DNA of 64,000 nucleotides from Candidatus Melainabacteria bacterium 17Bon1m (lineage in GTDB: Bacteria > Cyanobacteriota > Vampirovibrionia > Obscuribacterales > Obscuribacteraceae). The stretch covers positions 320,001-384,000 of the forward strand of contig JAVLKG010000004.1 in NCBI GenBank assembly GCA_032128875.1, in the 5' to 3' direction. The stretch's first letter is position 1; each line of letters opens with the position of its first letter. The translations under genes and the position numbers were made by a program. Under the pieces are notes generated by a model. It made no database searches and was not told the origin of the DNA. It saw only the letters and a list, made by a program, of their open reading frames with translations. Shown here piece after piece: positions 19,161 through 28,354 of this stretch.

Positions 19161-20105
19161 ATGCACTGCATTGGCGTAGACATCGGCGGCACGAAGATTG
19201 CAGGCGGAATAGTCACTGACGCGGGAGAAGTTCTGGTGCGCGAGGAGCGACCGACTCCTATTAAGGAAGGCGGACAGCAAATACTGTCCGCTGCCATTGA
19301 TGTCGCTAGAGCGCTCCAGAGTCAAAGTAAAGATGCGCTTGAAGCGGTTGGAGTGGGAGCTGGTGGACAGATCGACGCTGTTCAGGGTTCAGTCTTTTCG
19401 GCAACTGATGTTATTCCAGGTTGGAAAGGCATGCAAATTGCCGAAGAGTTCAATAGAGCCTTAGGTATTCCAGCCTCTGTCGAAAACGATGTCAATGTTC
19501 TTGCCTTGGGCGAAACCAGATTTGGCGCTGCGCGAAACTGTGCAAACGGGACGGTCGTTTTCCTGGCTTTAGGAACTGGTGTGGGCGGTGCCCTCTTGAC
19601 GAAAGGCAGCATTCATCACGGTGCGCATTGGAGCGGAGGAGAGTTCGGGCATATATTGCTCACTATGGATCCCAACGCCCGCCGCGACACGGGCGGCGCT
19701 CGAGGTACTTTGGAAGCATTTTGCAGCGGTCCTGGACTGGTAGAAACCTGGCGAGAGCTTACAGGAAGTAAATCGCTCGATGTTACAGGGCATGATGTTG
19801 TCAAAGATGCGCGTCAGAACGCAGAAGGGATGGGGCGTAAAGCGATCGATAAAACCGGGGAATATTTGGGATACGGCTTGGTAAGCTTGGCGAACGCACT
19901 TGATCCTGACCTGATTATCATTGGCGGAGGGCTGTCTGAGCTTGGTGACTGGCTTTTGGAACCAGCAAGAAAGGTGCTGAAAGAACATGCTTTGCCGGGA
20001 CCAGCTACCTGTAAGGTTGTTCGCGCACAGCTTGGGCTGAACGCTGCAATAGTCGGAGCCGCCAGCCTGGTATTGCCTGGAAAAGGCGGGGCGCTTGCCT
20101 GCTAG
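19161..20105 (+). CDS. ROK family sugar kinase (glucokinase-like)
   Basis: IGVDIGGTK, ENDVN, LGTGVGG, GEFGH, GTLE, IIIGGG; AGGAG RBS; no N-terminal HTH. Confidence 0.95.
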   Translation: MHCIGVDIGGTKIAGGIVTDAGEVLVREERPTPIKEGGQQILSAAIDVARALQSQSKDALEAVGVGAGGQIDAVQGSVFSATDVIPGWKGMQIAEEFNRALGIPASVENDVNVLALGETRFGAARNCANGTVVFLALGTGVGGALLTKGSIHHGAHWSGGEFGHILLTMDPNARRDTGGARGTLEAFCSGPGLVETWRELTGSKSLDVTGHDVVKDARQNAEGMGRKAIDKTGEYLGYGLVSLANALDPDLIIIGGGLSELGDWLLEPARKVLKEHALPGPATCKVVRAQLGLNAAIVGAASLVLPGKGGALAC

Positions 20106-20233
20106 AAATCGACTGGCTTGAGTCTGTAAGGTCTCACTGGCTGGTCCTTTGCTGCCCAGGGCAGGGGTGTGACCTTCAGGGGGTATAAGAAAAAAGGATG
20201 TATCTGCCTCTGCATTTTCACTGTGAGTAAAAA

Positions 20234-20884
20234 ATGCCTAGCTACGACCTCTCTAACGCAACTTTCGAACAATTTATAGACTACCTTTTCGATCATCCAG
20301 TCCTCGCTAGCGAAGAAGAAGAGTACTGGTATTGGTCCGATGACTTAGACGTAATCTATGAGCCGATCAAACTGGTTGACTATTACACGAAGCTTTTTAG
20401 CAAGCCGCAAATACTGATTGATCGATACTCCGACGAACAGTTGGAGCAGGGACTTCTTGCTATGCGTTCATGCTTGATGCCTGGAGCGATTTCTGAAGTT
20501 CTTTGGGAGGAAGAGATACCCTCAGATGTTCGCGAAGAATGCATTCGTTCAATGTATTTCCTTTATCGAGATTTGTTCTCGGTAAAGCCGCTCCATACTG
20601 CATGCTTCATGTGGTGGGACTCGTTTACGGATGAATACTCGATAACCCATGTTCATTCAGAAGCTGCTGAAGGACCGAGTATTCAAAACGTGATGTTCGA
20701 AACTTTATGCCAAACATTGAAGTTGGATACAGAAATTTGTCAGCATGGTGCATTGCACGGATTGGGACATTTGCGGCATCCTGGTACTGAAGCGGTAATA
20801 CGCTCATGGATGGCGTCAAAGCCAGATCTAGATCAGCAAAGCACAGAGTTTGCAGAAGAGTGCATAGTTGGAAACATGGTCTGA
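20234..20884 (+). CDS. Hypothetical acidic protein
   Basis: 216-aa ORF with CFMWWD and ALHGLGHL segments; no family recognised. Confidence 0.75.
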   Translation: MPSYDLSNATFEQFIDYLFDHPVLASEEEEYWYWSDDLDVIYEPIKLVDYYTKLFSKPQILIDRYSDEQLEQGLLAMRSCLMPGAISEVLWEEEIPSDVREECIRSMYFLYRDLFSVKPLHTACFMWWDSFTDEYSITHVHSEAAEGPSIQNVMFETLCQTLKLDTEICQHGALHGLGHLRHPGTEAVIRSWMASKPDLDQQSTEFAEECIVGNMV

Positions 20885-20885
20885 C

Positions 20886-21167
20886 TCAAGCCGCGCACTT
20901 TTCAGAGCACACGAGTTTTGAATCTATCGGCACCAATGTAATTAATCGCTCGCGAGAGTTGATTTGTCTTATGCATTTTGATACTGACGCAGCACCGGCT
21001 GCGTACCAAATTGCTGCATCAAGCGAATCAAATTGAATCATAATTTCGTCGTGAATGACGGTCCATTTTTTGTGGACAGAATCTTGTATGTTCATAACCC
21101 TTTCCATTTGCAAAGTTTCCTTGTTTCCACGCCTGATGCGAAGGCGTTGGACTGTTTCAAAAATCAC
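20886..21167 (-). CDS. Hypothetical protein (93 aa)
   Basis: The GTG start overlaps the TGA of the upstream 40-aa ORF (GTGA), suggesting translational coupling. Confidence 0.5.
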   Translation of the reverse strand: MIFETVQRLRIRRGNKETLQMERVMNIQDSVHKKWTVIHDEIMIQFDSLDAAIWYAAGAASVSKCIRQINSRERLITLVPIDSKLVCSEKCAA

Positions 21168-21286
21168 GCGGGAATCATTGATTCATAGTCTTTTGATTCT
21201 TCGGAGAATTTGTCATCTCGGGTTGTCGATTCGACTTCGGATGCCGAGCCGTTGTTGTTCTCTTCGCGCGTGTCTTTCTCGTCCAT
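21164..21286 (-). CDS. 40-aa acidic microprotein (MDEKDTREENNNGSASEVESTTRDDKFSEESKDYESMIPA)
   Basis: GGAGGT RBS 6 nt upstream and GGAAC-N18-GTC promoter 26 nt upstream. Too short for the ORF track. Confidence 0.6.
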   Translation of the reverse strand: MDEKDTREENNNGSASEVESTTRDDKFSEESKDYESMIPA

Positions 21287-21312
21287 CACTATACCTCCCA
21301 TGGCACTGAGTA

Positions 21313-21338
21313 GACTAGGCGCCTAGAGTGCCGGTTCC
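21313..21338 (-). promoter_or_regulatory. ECF-type promoter variant GGAAC-N18-GTC
   Basis: Read on the minus strand; back-to-back with the plus-strand copy at 21368. Confidence 0.5.
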
Positions 21339-21367
21339 TATTTGCCCTAATTGGGCGCCAAATTTAA

Positions 21368-21392
21368 GGAACCAACCTGAAAGGTTCTAGTC
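21368..21392 (+). promoter_or_regulatory. ECF-type promoter GGAAC-N17-GTC
   Basis: GGAAC caacctgaaaggttcta GTC upstream of the NRAMP/udgX pair. Confidence 0.6.
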
Positions 21393-21498
21393 TGCATGCA
21401 TGTGCAACTTTTCAATGTACGAATAAGCAGTACGAAGTATGAGAAAAGCGCGAATTGATGCGCTTTATGCGGTTTTTCATGGTTTAGGAAATATAGAT

Positions 21499-22827
21499 GT
21501 GACGCACAATCAGTTAGATCGCCCTCGTGTGGAGGCTCCGCGGACGCAGGAAGCCAAGGCTGAAAAAAATCCACTGAAAAGAGCATTCAAAATTATGGGT
21601 CCGGGGCTTATTACCGGTGCTTCCGATGATGATCCTTCCGGAATCGCTACTTACTCAACTGTGGGTGCAGGTTACGGATACAGCTGTCTCTGGATGGCGC
21701 TAGTAACTCTGCCTTTGATGTTCAGCGTTCAGTACATATGTTCAAAGGTAGGGTTGGTTACGGGGCGCGGACTTTCCGGTGTACTTAAGCGGAACTACCA
21801 CCCTGTAGTCTTATGGTCGGCAATTGGAATTTTGACAATTGCCAACGTCATAAACGCTGCTACAGATATCGGAGCCATGGCCGCTGGAGTCAACCTTCTT
21901 GCGCCTGCGATTCCCACAACAGCAGCCGTGATACCTATTTCATTGATACTGTTAGTTTCACTAATTTTTTTCTCTTATAAGCGACTTGCCAGCGTTTTCA
22001 AATGGCTTACTTTGAGTCTTTTCGCTTATGTCATTACAGCTTTTTTCTGCAAAATTGATACTGCGATAGTTCTGAAGGACACTCTGATACCTAACCTGAG
22101 CTGGCACCCCGGCTACATTGCAGCATTGGTGGCTATTTTAGGCACGACAATATCGCCTTATCTCTTTTTCTGGCAAGCTAACAGCGAGGTTGATGAGCTT
22201 AAGGATGCTGGTGCTAAAACAGTTGAAGAACGTAAAGGCGCCAGTAATGCTGATTTAAAGTTTGCTGCGGCTGATATCGCAGTTGGTATGTTTTTCTCCA
22301 ACTGCGTCATGTACTTTATTATTTTGACGACAGGAGCAACGCTCTTCAAGAATCATCAATTTCAAATAGAATCAGCGAGCCAAGCTGCAAAAGCGTTAGA
22401 GCCCTTGCTTGGTAAAGGTGCGGAATTCTTATTTGCTGCCGGGTTTATAGGGACGGGTTTTCTCGCTGTTCCTGTTCTCTTGGGTTCGTCTGCTTATGCA
22501 ATTGCAGAGGCATTGGAGTGGCCTTGCGGATATGGGGAGAAGTGTGTTGATGCCAAAGGTTTCTATTGGCTGATAGGAATCTCCATTGTTGTCTCGGTGA
22601 TCTTGAATTTCTTCAAAGTCAATGCAATGCAGGCTCTCTATTGGACAGCAATTTTAAATGGAATATTGGCGCCACCATTGCTTTTCCTGTTGATGATGAT
22701 CTCTAATAATCCGAAAATCATGGGCAATAGGACGAATTCAACACTCGCAAACTTCGGTGGCTGGACGACCTTTGCATTTATGACAGTGGCCACATTGCTA
22801 TTCTTCTGGACTTCAATCGCTCACTAG
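21499..22827 (+). CDS. NRAMP-family divalent metal transporter
   Basis: GPGLITGASDDDPSGIATYS, GTTISPYLFFWQ and about 11 TM segments. Start is GTG 21499 or ATG 21439. Confidence 0.93.
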   Translation: MTHNQLDRPRVEAPRTQEAKAEKNPLKRAFKIMGPGLITGASDDDPSGIATYSTVGAGYGYSCLWMALVTLPLMFSVQYICSKVGLVTGRGLSGVLKRNYHPVVLWSAIGILTIANVINAATDIGAMAAGVNLLAPAIPTTAAVIPISLILLVSLIFFSYKRLASVFKWLTLSLFAYVITAFFCKIDTAIVLKDTLIPNLSWHPGYIAALVAILGTTISPYLFFWQANSEVDELKDAGAKTVEERKGASNADLKFAAADIAVGMFFSNCVMYFIILTTGATLFKNHQFQIESASQAAKALEPLLGKGAEFLFAAGFIGTGFLAVPVLLGSSAYAIAEALEWPCGYGEKCVDAKGFYWLIGISIVVSVILNFFKVNAMQALYWTAILNGILAPPLLFLLMMISNNPKIMGNRTNSTLANFGGWTTFAFMTVATLLFFWTSIAH

Positions 22828-22863
22828 GAGTTTGATGGTTCGGCGGTATCATGAGGTGTTCTG

Positions 22864-23505
22864 ATGACTGATCTCGAGCATTCAGCAGAGGAGTATCTGC
22901 CGCCTCGTAAGTCAATTGCATCAATGAAAAAAGCGTCACAGTCCTGCCACGGTTGTGAGCTTTATAAAAACGCAACACAAGCTGTTTTTGGTCGTGGTAA
23001 CAACAAAGCGTCCATCATGTTTGTTGGAGAGCAACCCGGTGATATCGAGGACAAGACGGGTGTTACCTTTTCCGGTCCTTCCGGCAAGTTGCTGATGGAT
23101 TTGCTTGAAGAAGCTGGCATAAACCATAAAGATGTGTACTTCACCAATACCGTGAAACACTTCGGCTTTCAGGAAAGGGGCAAGCGCAGGCTGCATAAAA
23201 AGCCCAGAATCTTGGACATCCGCGCCTGCCGTCCTTGGTTGCAGGCAGAAGTGGAAATCATCAATCCCGAGGTCATTGTTTGTTTAGGTAGCTCGGCCAC
23301 TGTTTCGGTCACAGGAAAACCTTATAAGGTTACTGAAATGCGTGGGAAGTTCATCTCTACCGATTGGGCCCCCCGCGTATTGGTGACTGTGCATCCCGCA
23401 TCCATACTTAGGGCACATGATGAAGATCGAAAGATGCTTCGAAAAATGTTTGTGGACGATTTGCGAAAGGTCGCTAAGTATATGCGTTCCGTCGATTCTC
23501 AATAA
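22864..23505 (+). CDS. udgX: UdgX-type family-4 uracil-DNA glycosylase/binding protein
   Basis: C-x2-C Fe-S ligands (CHGC), VGEQPG, R-loop GKRRLHKKP (UdgX KRRIH), ACRPWL, HPASILR. Confidence 0.88.
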   Translation: MTDLEHSAEEYLPPRKSIASMKKASQSCHGCELYKNATQAVFGRGNNKASIMFVGEQPGDIEDKTGVTFSGPSGKLLMDLLEEAGINHKDVYFTNTVKHFGFQERGKRRLHKKPRILDIRACRPWLQAEVEIINPEVIVCLGSSATVSVTGKPYKVTEMRGKFISTDWAPRVLVTVHPASILRAHDEDRKMLRKMFVDDLRKVAKYMRSVDSQ

Positions 23506-23552
23506 CACTCAAGGCAATGCGCAACGTTTTTACCGCAGTTATTCTATTTCGG

Positions 23553-23774
23553 TTAGGCTGCTTCGGCGTTTTTTCTTTTGCTCATCAGCATTTCAACTAT
23601 AGTGCCATCGTCTGCGTGAACCACAACTTCCATGTTTTCAATTTCAGCTGCCTGAAGAGCTGCCATTACTGCTTCAGTACGAGTATCGAATGTTTCATCT
23701 TCATTGCGCTCAGGAGGTGGCGTTATTTGCCAACCTTCGGCGGTGGGCACGACATGCAATTCATTGTTTTTCAT
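23553..23774 (-). CDS. DUF2188 family protein
   Basis: HVVP..GW...FDTRTEA...EVVVH..DGTI pattern; GAGG RBS; start ATG 23774. Confidence 0.85.
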   Translation of the reverse strand: MKNNELHVVPTAEGWQITPPPERNEDETFDTRTEAVMAALQAAEIENMEVVVHADDGTIVEMLMSKRKNAEAA

Positions 23775-23806
23775 CGTCTTGTGTCCTCTGTGTTTCCGGC
23801 TGATAG

Positions 23807-23831
23807 GACAGAGTTTATTCTCAGTTGTTCC
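23807..23831 (-). promoter_or_regulatory. ECF-type promoter GGAAC-N17-GTC
   Basis: GGAAC aactgagaataaactct GTC, 32 nt upstream of the DUF2188 start. Confidence 0.65.
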
Positions 23832-23974
23832 GCACTCTCTCGATTTAGTAGAAGGCTTACAAAACTGCAGTTTCATACAAACGCTATGGATGCGTTGAGC
23901 AATTCATCAAAAGAAAGAAAGCAGAAAGATTCAAAAATCGCTTTAGCTGCCGGATTTTAACGCGTGATGAATAA

Positions 23975-24010
23975 CCCGATAGAGCGCGCCGGAATAGGCA
24001 CTCTATCGGG
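23975..24010 (-). terminator. Stem-loop, probable terminator
   Basis: CCCGATAGAG...CTCTATCGGG perfect 10-bp arms downstream of the 24125-24322 ORF. Confidence 0.55.
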
Positions 24011-24124
24011 GATAAAACTTTACAGAATAATAATCGCGAGGGACAATTCGGCGAATATGTACACAGAAGAATAAAGTCTTTGTACGCATTCGGATACGCG
24101 CTGCCCCTCTAAAGCCGCGTGTAG

Positions 24125-24322
24125 TTATGGTCCTGCGCCAGGACGCTGTTCAGTCATTTTTTCCAATGCTGCTTCTTTTGATTCTTTTGAGCGATCAATT
24201 GAACGATCCAAAGAACGATCTTCAGGATTAGACTTCTTGCTATTTCTGGTTGGTCTGCTGTCAGCCTTTTCCCTTGCGCGGCGCGCGTTTTCGGCTCCAT
24301 CAGACGATCTCTCTTGTGCCAT
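24125..24322 (-). CDS. Small, highly charged hydrophilic protein (65 aa)
   Basis: GGAGGTG RBS before ATG 24322 (MAQERSS); ECF-like promoter 26 nt upstream. Confidence 0.7.
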   Translation of the reverse strand: MAQERSSDGAENARRAREKADSRPTRNSKKSNPEDRSLDRSIDRSKESKEAALEKMTEQRPGAGP

Positions 24323-24348
24323 TTTAAACACCTCCGTTTTTTTTGAAG

Positions 24349-24373
24349 GACAATAAACAGTTCGGATTGTTCC
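24349..24373 (-). promoter_or_regulatory. ECF-type promoter GGAAC-N17-GTC
   Basis: GGAAC aatccgaactgtttatt GTC. Confidence 0.65.
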
Positions 24374-24418
24374 TAATTTCCGATTCTGGAAACCCTCTCA
24401 CAGTCAGCTTCTCCGATC

Positions 24419-24434
24419 TGTTCGATAGCGAACA
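24419..24434. promoter_or_regulatory. Palindromic Crp/Fnr-geometry site TGTTCG-N4-CGAACA
   Basis: Perfect 6-bp arms in the 16-bp TGT-N10-ACA format; a second near copy lies at 24502-24517. Both are upstream of the Crp/Fnr gene. Confidence 0.55.
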
Positions 24435-24571
24435 AGGCGCATTTCCAATAATGGTATTCTTGAGTTGCCTAACGTGAAAAAAAACGATGTACACTGAATG
24501 GTGTTCGAGCCCGAACTGTTGTTGAAGAACGCAGTGGGCAATTTAAGCATTGCTGCTCCTTACTGAAAACT

Positions 24572-25300
24572 ATGATGAATAGCCAGTTATCTATGATTGA
24601 TACTCAAAGCCAAACACAAATACGCAACACACTTCTCGAAAAACTTTCCGTTGAAGAGCGGAATTCTTTGTTTCCAGGCATGGAGTTGACGGAATTCTCG
24701 ACCAAGGAGACTATATATTCTCCGCGTCAGTCTCTTGCTCACGCTTACTTTCCCGAAACCTGTGTCATGTCGCTAATCACTGTGCTGGAAGACGGCTCGG
24801 AGATTGAAGCAGCGACCATCGGTAATGAAGGGATGATAGGCATTCCTCTTCTGCTTGCCGGCGATCAAATGCCGTCTAAGGTCGTTTGTCAAATTGGTGG
24901 TAGCGCCTGGCGCATTCCTGCTGATGAATTGATAAAAGCTGTGGAAACGGACCCGACTCTTTTTCTCAATCTTCGCCGATATGCACAAGCGCTTTTTGAC
25001 CTTCTGGCACAAAGTACCGCTTGCAATAGACTGCATACAATAGAGCAGCGATGCGCTCGTTGGTTGCTTTCTACGCATGACAGAATTGAAGGAGATACCT
25101 TCTTTCTCACGCACGAGTTTCTAGCAACCATGTTAGGAGTTCGACGACCTGGTGTTAGTCTGGTCGCGAAGTCACTTCAAGATTCGGGCTTCGTTAGCTA
25201 TAAGCATGGCAAAATGACTATCCGCGATCGCAACGGACTGGAAGGCATTAGTTGTGAATGTTATGCTGCTGTTCGTGAATCATATGGAAAGCTGAATTAG
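24572..25300 (+). CDS. Crp/Fnr family transcriptional regulator
   Basis: cNMP-binding fold (IGNEGMIG), ACNRLHTIEQRCARWLL, HTH LTHEFLATMLGVRRPGVS, C-terminal SCECY. Confidence 0.95.
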   Translation: MMNSQLSMIDTQSQTQIRNTLLEKLSVEERNSLFPGMELTEFSTKETIYSPRQSLAHAYFPETCVMSLITVLEDGSEIEAATIGNEGMIGIPLLLAGDQMPSKVVCQIGGSAWRIPADELIKAVETDPTLFLNLRRYAQALFDLLAQSTACNRLHTIEQRCARWLLSTHDRIEGDTFFLTHEFLATMLGVRRPGVSLVAKSLQDSGFVSYKHGKMTIRDRNGLEGISCECYAAVRESYGKLN

Positions 25301-25323
25301 CATTCAGACTATCTGCAAAAGCA

Positions 25324-25353
25324 AAAGATGACGTTGGATAAAGCGTCATCTTT
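25324..25353. terminator. Bidirectional terminator hairpin
   Basis: AAAGATGACG...CGTCATCTTT between convergent genes. Confidence 0.7.
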
Positions 25354-25405
25354 AACTTTGACATTGTTTTGTACTGTGTCTTTTTCAAGACCTATAGAAG
25401 TTCTG

Positions 25406-25744
25406 CTATACCGTCATAGCTAGATGATTTGCTTCGGCGGCTCTAGCTTGTCTTGTTGTTTCTAATTCGGCTCTATAAACTCGATAGCAAGTATTGCAAT
25501 AGGTTGGTTTATATCCGAGAGGTTTGAACGGCAGCATAAAGGATGACTCGCATTTCGCGCAAACAGCCGAAGTTAGAGTTTCAAGGCTACGGCCTGATCT
25601 GCGTAAACGAGTAACAACGCGACAATTTGAGCAGCGCTTTGGTTCGTTGGTTAGTCCCTTGTTGTGGAAAAACTCTTGTTCTCCGGCGGTGAAAACAAAG
25701 TCTCCTGCGCAGTCGCAGCATCGTAAAACTCTTTCTGTAAACAT
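25406..25744 (-). CDS. Zinc-ribbon / CxxC-x17-CxxC domain protein
   Basis: C-x2-C...FVFTAGEQEFF..KGL.NEPKRC-x2-C, then CAKC...PFKP...YCNTCY; AGGAG RBS. Confidence 0.92.
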   Translation of the reverse strand: MFTERVLRCCDCAGDFVFTAGEQEFFHNKGLTNEPKRCSNCRVVTRLRRSGRSLETLTSAVCAKCESSFMLPFKPLGYKPTYCNTCYRVYRAELETTRQARAAEANHLAMTV

Positions 25745-26201
25745 AGACAGTACTCCTTGCCGCACCGTATGCGCGTTAATATCCGGTACAGCCTATAGTC
25801 TATAACCGATATTCCTTTTGAGAAGTCCATGCTACCGCCTAACTTTATGTGGAAAACCCCGATGAAAACTGGAAGTCGTGACGAAAATTCGTAACGCTCA
25901 AATGGTATGTTGAGTGATACAAAGTGGTTTTGTTTTTAATTGTGTTGCCGTAAAGCCTTATCAATACTGCATCTTGATTGCGCTAAATAGGTACCGCGTA
26001 TTTAAGCGAGCGGTACTCACGCGGTAGCTGAGAATTTCGCCGATTGTCGAAAATCGCGGAGAAGTCTGAATGACGCAACAATTTCGGTCGTCATGGGATA
26101 TTTTGATGGCGTAGAGCGTCTATTCATCAGATTCTTGGCGATTTGCAGATGCTTTTATCTGTTCGTGACAAGACACTGGGGCGTCTATAGGACCGAAGAA
26201 A

Positions 26202-26354
26202 ATGAAACAAGTGACAATGAAAAACCCAGCAGCTGTGCCAATGTTTTTGCTAGCCATTGCAATGGGTGCTTTGCTTTTCCTGTTAGAAGTATGGCCGGGA
26301 TTGCCAAGTTCGACAATTGAAACTAAAACCCATGGAACGCTAAATGCCAAGTAA
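26202..26354 (+). CDS. 50-aa single-TM microprotein (MKQVTMKNPAAVPMFLLAIAMGALLFLLEVWPGLPSSTIETKTHGTLNAK)
   Basis: AGGA upstream, one clean hydrophobic helix, and similarity to the 28982-29185 ORF. Not in the ORF track. Confidence 0.55.
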   Translation: MKQVTMKNPAAVPMFLLAIAMGALLFLLEVWPGLPSSTIETKTHGTLNAK

Positions 26355-26411
26355 ATGGGTTTATCGGCTTGCAGCGCTGTTTTTGTATTTAGATCACTTT
26401 CTCTTCTTGAT

Positions 26412-27638
26412 CTAGTTTTTTATATAGTGCGGAACAAAAATCGCAGTGTTCCCTGTTACTGGGCTGTGGTCAGCACGCAGTCCGATGCCTGCTGGCTGAC
26501 CGTCAATTACCCAGCTTCCCATCACCAAGTGATAATCATTGTATTTTGGCAGTTCGTGCATGGCTTGTAGAATGTATCCCTCTGCGCCGTACACGCTTTC
26601 CTTTTCTAAATTTTGTTCGGGATTTTCCGGATCGATTATTGAAACGCTTCCTCCTTCGCGACCAAATATTGGTTTTCTCACGTGGCGAGACTGGCGAATC
26701 CATTGCGCATCGGCGGATTCGTCGTCAAAGGCGGTTTCCAAAAGATATTTATGACCATGGAAGAGCTGCCACAACATAGGCAAAATCGCTTTATTGGAGA
26801 GAATCATTTTCCATGTTGGTTCGATGAACTTTGTAATTTTTGATTCAGCTAAAGGTCCGAAAATTTGCCGCCCGAATTTCTTCTTCACCTCTGCATCTTC
26901 ATACATGATTTGTTCCCATGGATAAAGTTTGAAAAGTTGAGAGATGATGTTTCCTTCCATGTCGATCAAGCGACCCATGTTGTCGAACCCCAAGTCGTTC
27001 ATGAAAATGAATTTCGCCTCTAGCCCAGCTTGCATTGCGCAAGACTGCAGGTACTTCACTGTGTCTTCGTCTTCTGCAGAATCGTCGACGCTGGCCAGGT
27101 GAATAATATTTCCGTCTGTTTTGGCCTTTTCGAAAGAAGCGATTAAGCGATCGTGCAAGCTGTTAAATTGGTCCGATGATTCGGGAAGAGTTTTTTGGAC
27201 TTTCAAATCCTCCAACCAAAACCATTGCATGATTGATGCTTCGTACAATGAAGTAGGAGTGTCGAAGTTCAACTCGAGGAGCTTAAGCTCACCGTTGCTG
27301 TATGCGAAATCAAAACGACCATATATGGACTGATCATTTCTCCGCCACGATCTTCTGATTGCGTTGCGATATTGTGGTGCGATTTTCAAAGCGTCAAAAC
27401 AACGTTCTGAACTAGCACCATTTACTACAAAGTCCACAGCCTGGAGTGACATGTCATAAAGTTCGCTTGTAGCGGCTTCAATTACGTCTTCGACCTCCTC
27501 CATGGTCAAGACTCCGCAGAATGGCTCGTCCAAGGCTTCCACCCAATAAGGTGGATTGTCTAGGACGGCTGCTAGATAGCCAGCTTCGTCGGCACGTTCG
27601 CGCCAGTTGCGACGTGCAGTCATTTGTTCGAACTTCAT
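26412..27638 (-). CDS. Glutathionylspermidine synthase family ATP-grasp protein (YgiC/YjfC-like)
   Basis: IYGRFDF, KLLELNFDTPTSLYEAS, LFKLYPWE, EPTWKMILSNK, KPIFGREG, FVPHY; GGAG RBS before ATG 27638. Confidence 0.95.
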   Translation of the reverse strand: MKFEQMTARRNWRERADEAGYLAAVLDNPPYWVEALDEPFCGVLTMEEVEDVIEAATSELYDMSLQAVDFVVNGASSERCFDALKIAPQYRNAIRRSWRRNDQSIYGRFDFAYSNGELKLLELNFDTPTSLYEASIMQWFWLEDLKVQKTLPESSDQFNSLHDRLIASFEKAKTDGNIIHLASVDDSAEDEDTVKYLQSCAMQAGLEAKFIFMNDLGFDNMGRLIDMEGNIISQLFKLYPWEQIMYEDAEVKKKFGRQIFGPLAESKITKFIEPTWKMILSNKAILPMLWQLFHGHKYLLETAFDDESADAQWIRQSRHVRKPIFGREGGSVSIIDPENPEQNLEKESVYGAEGYILQAMHELPKYNDYHLVMGSWVIDGQPAGIGLRADHSPVTGNTAIFVPHYIKN

Positions 27639-27725
27639 TTCATTTACTCCAGGCGGAACAGCTTGATGCACTAGTGAATCCAAACGTGGATCCACTGCAT
27701 GCGTTTTACTTTGGATGATGCACGT

Positions 27726-28010
27726 TTACCCGCCGCAGAAGCGGAAGCCGCCGAACCAACCTCGTGAAACAGTGCCACTCGGCTTGGGCGTGCTGCCTGT
27801 TGCTATAGGCATACGGGTGCGTACTCCGTGACCGCCGGAATAGTGCGCGCTAGAAGACCGGTTTTCTTCCTTATCCTTATCTTTGTCCTTTTGCGCAATC
27901 GTTGTTGGTGTTGTTGAGCAACCCGTCAAAGTTGAGCTGAGTGCTACGAGTGTTCCAAGCGTGATGAACTTTATAGTTGAGCCGCGTTTTTCTTTTAACT
28001 GACTTTCCAT
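27726..28010 (-). CDS. Small lipoprotein-like protein with Gly-rich tail (YgiB/DUF1190-like partner)
   Basis: Hydrophobic N-terminus ending in the LTGC lipobox; C-terminal VSRGWFGG...GG; directly upstream of the YgiC-like gene. Confidence 0.75.
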   Translation of the reverse strand: MESQLKEKRGSTIKFITLGTLVALSSTLTGCSTTPTTIAQKDKDKDKEENRSSSAHYSGGHGVRTRMPIATGSTPKPSGTVSRGWFGGFRFCGG

Positions 28011-28354
28011 GTTTTTAGAAACTAACCTCTCATCAGAATGCGATATTGCATTCGCAGTCTTTCGATTCTATAACCGGAACGGGCTTTGCTTGACAACCGC
28101 AACAAAAATTAAACACTCCTTGAAAGGCTTGTGGGAACGACGTTCTCGGTTGCGGGCGTAAATATGCAGTGCAAATATTGAAAAACGGTAGCTCGGCCTC
28201 GTGAAGTGAGCGTGAAGCGCCATTTCAATTCGAAAGGACTTCTAAAGAAAAGCAATTATCGATTGCTGTGCATGTAACGTGAATTTATCGCCGATAGAAA
28301 ACGAATCGCAAGACGTTTGTGTCAGCGAGTTTTTACTACATGTGGGGTGAACTA

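Noticed and set aside
26093-26350. 75-aa (+) and 76-aa (-) ORFs
   Set aside because: Weak starts and no motifs; the 50-aa TM ORF at 26202-26354 explains the region better.
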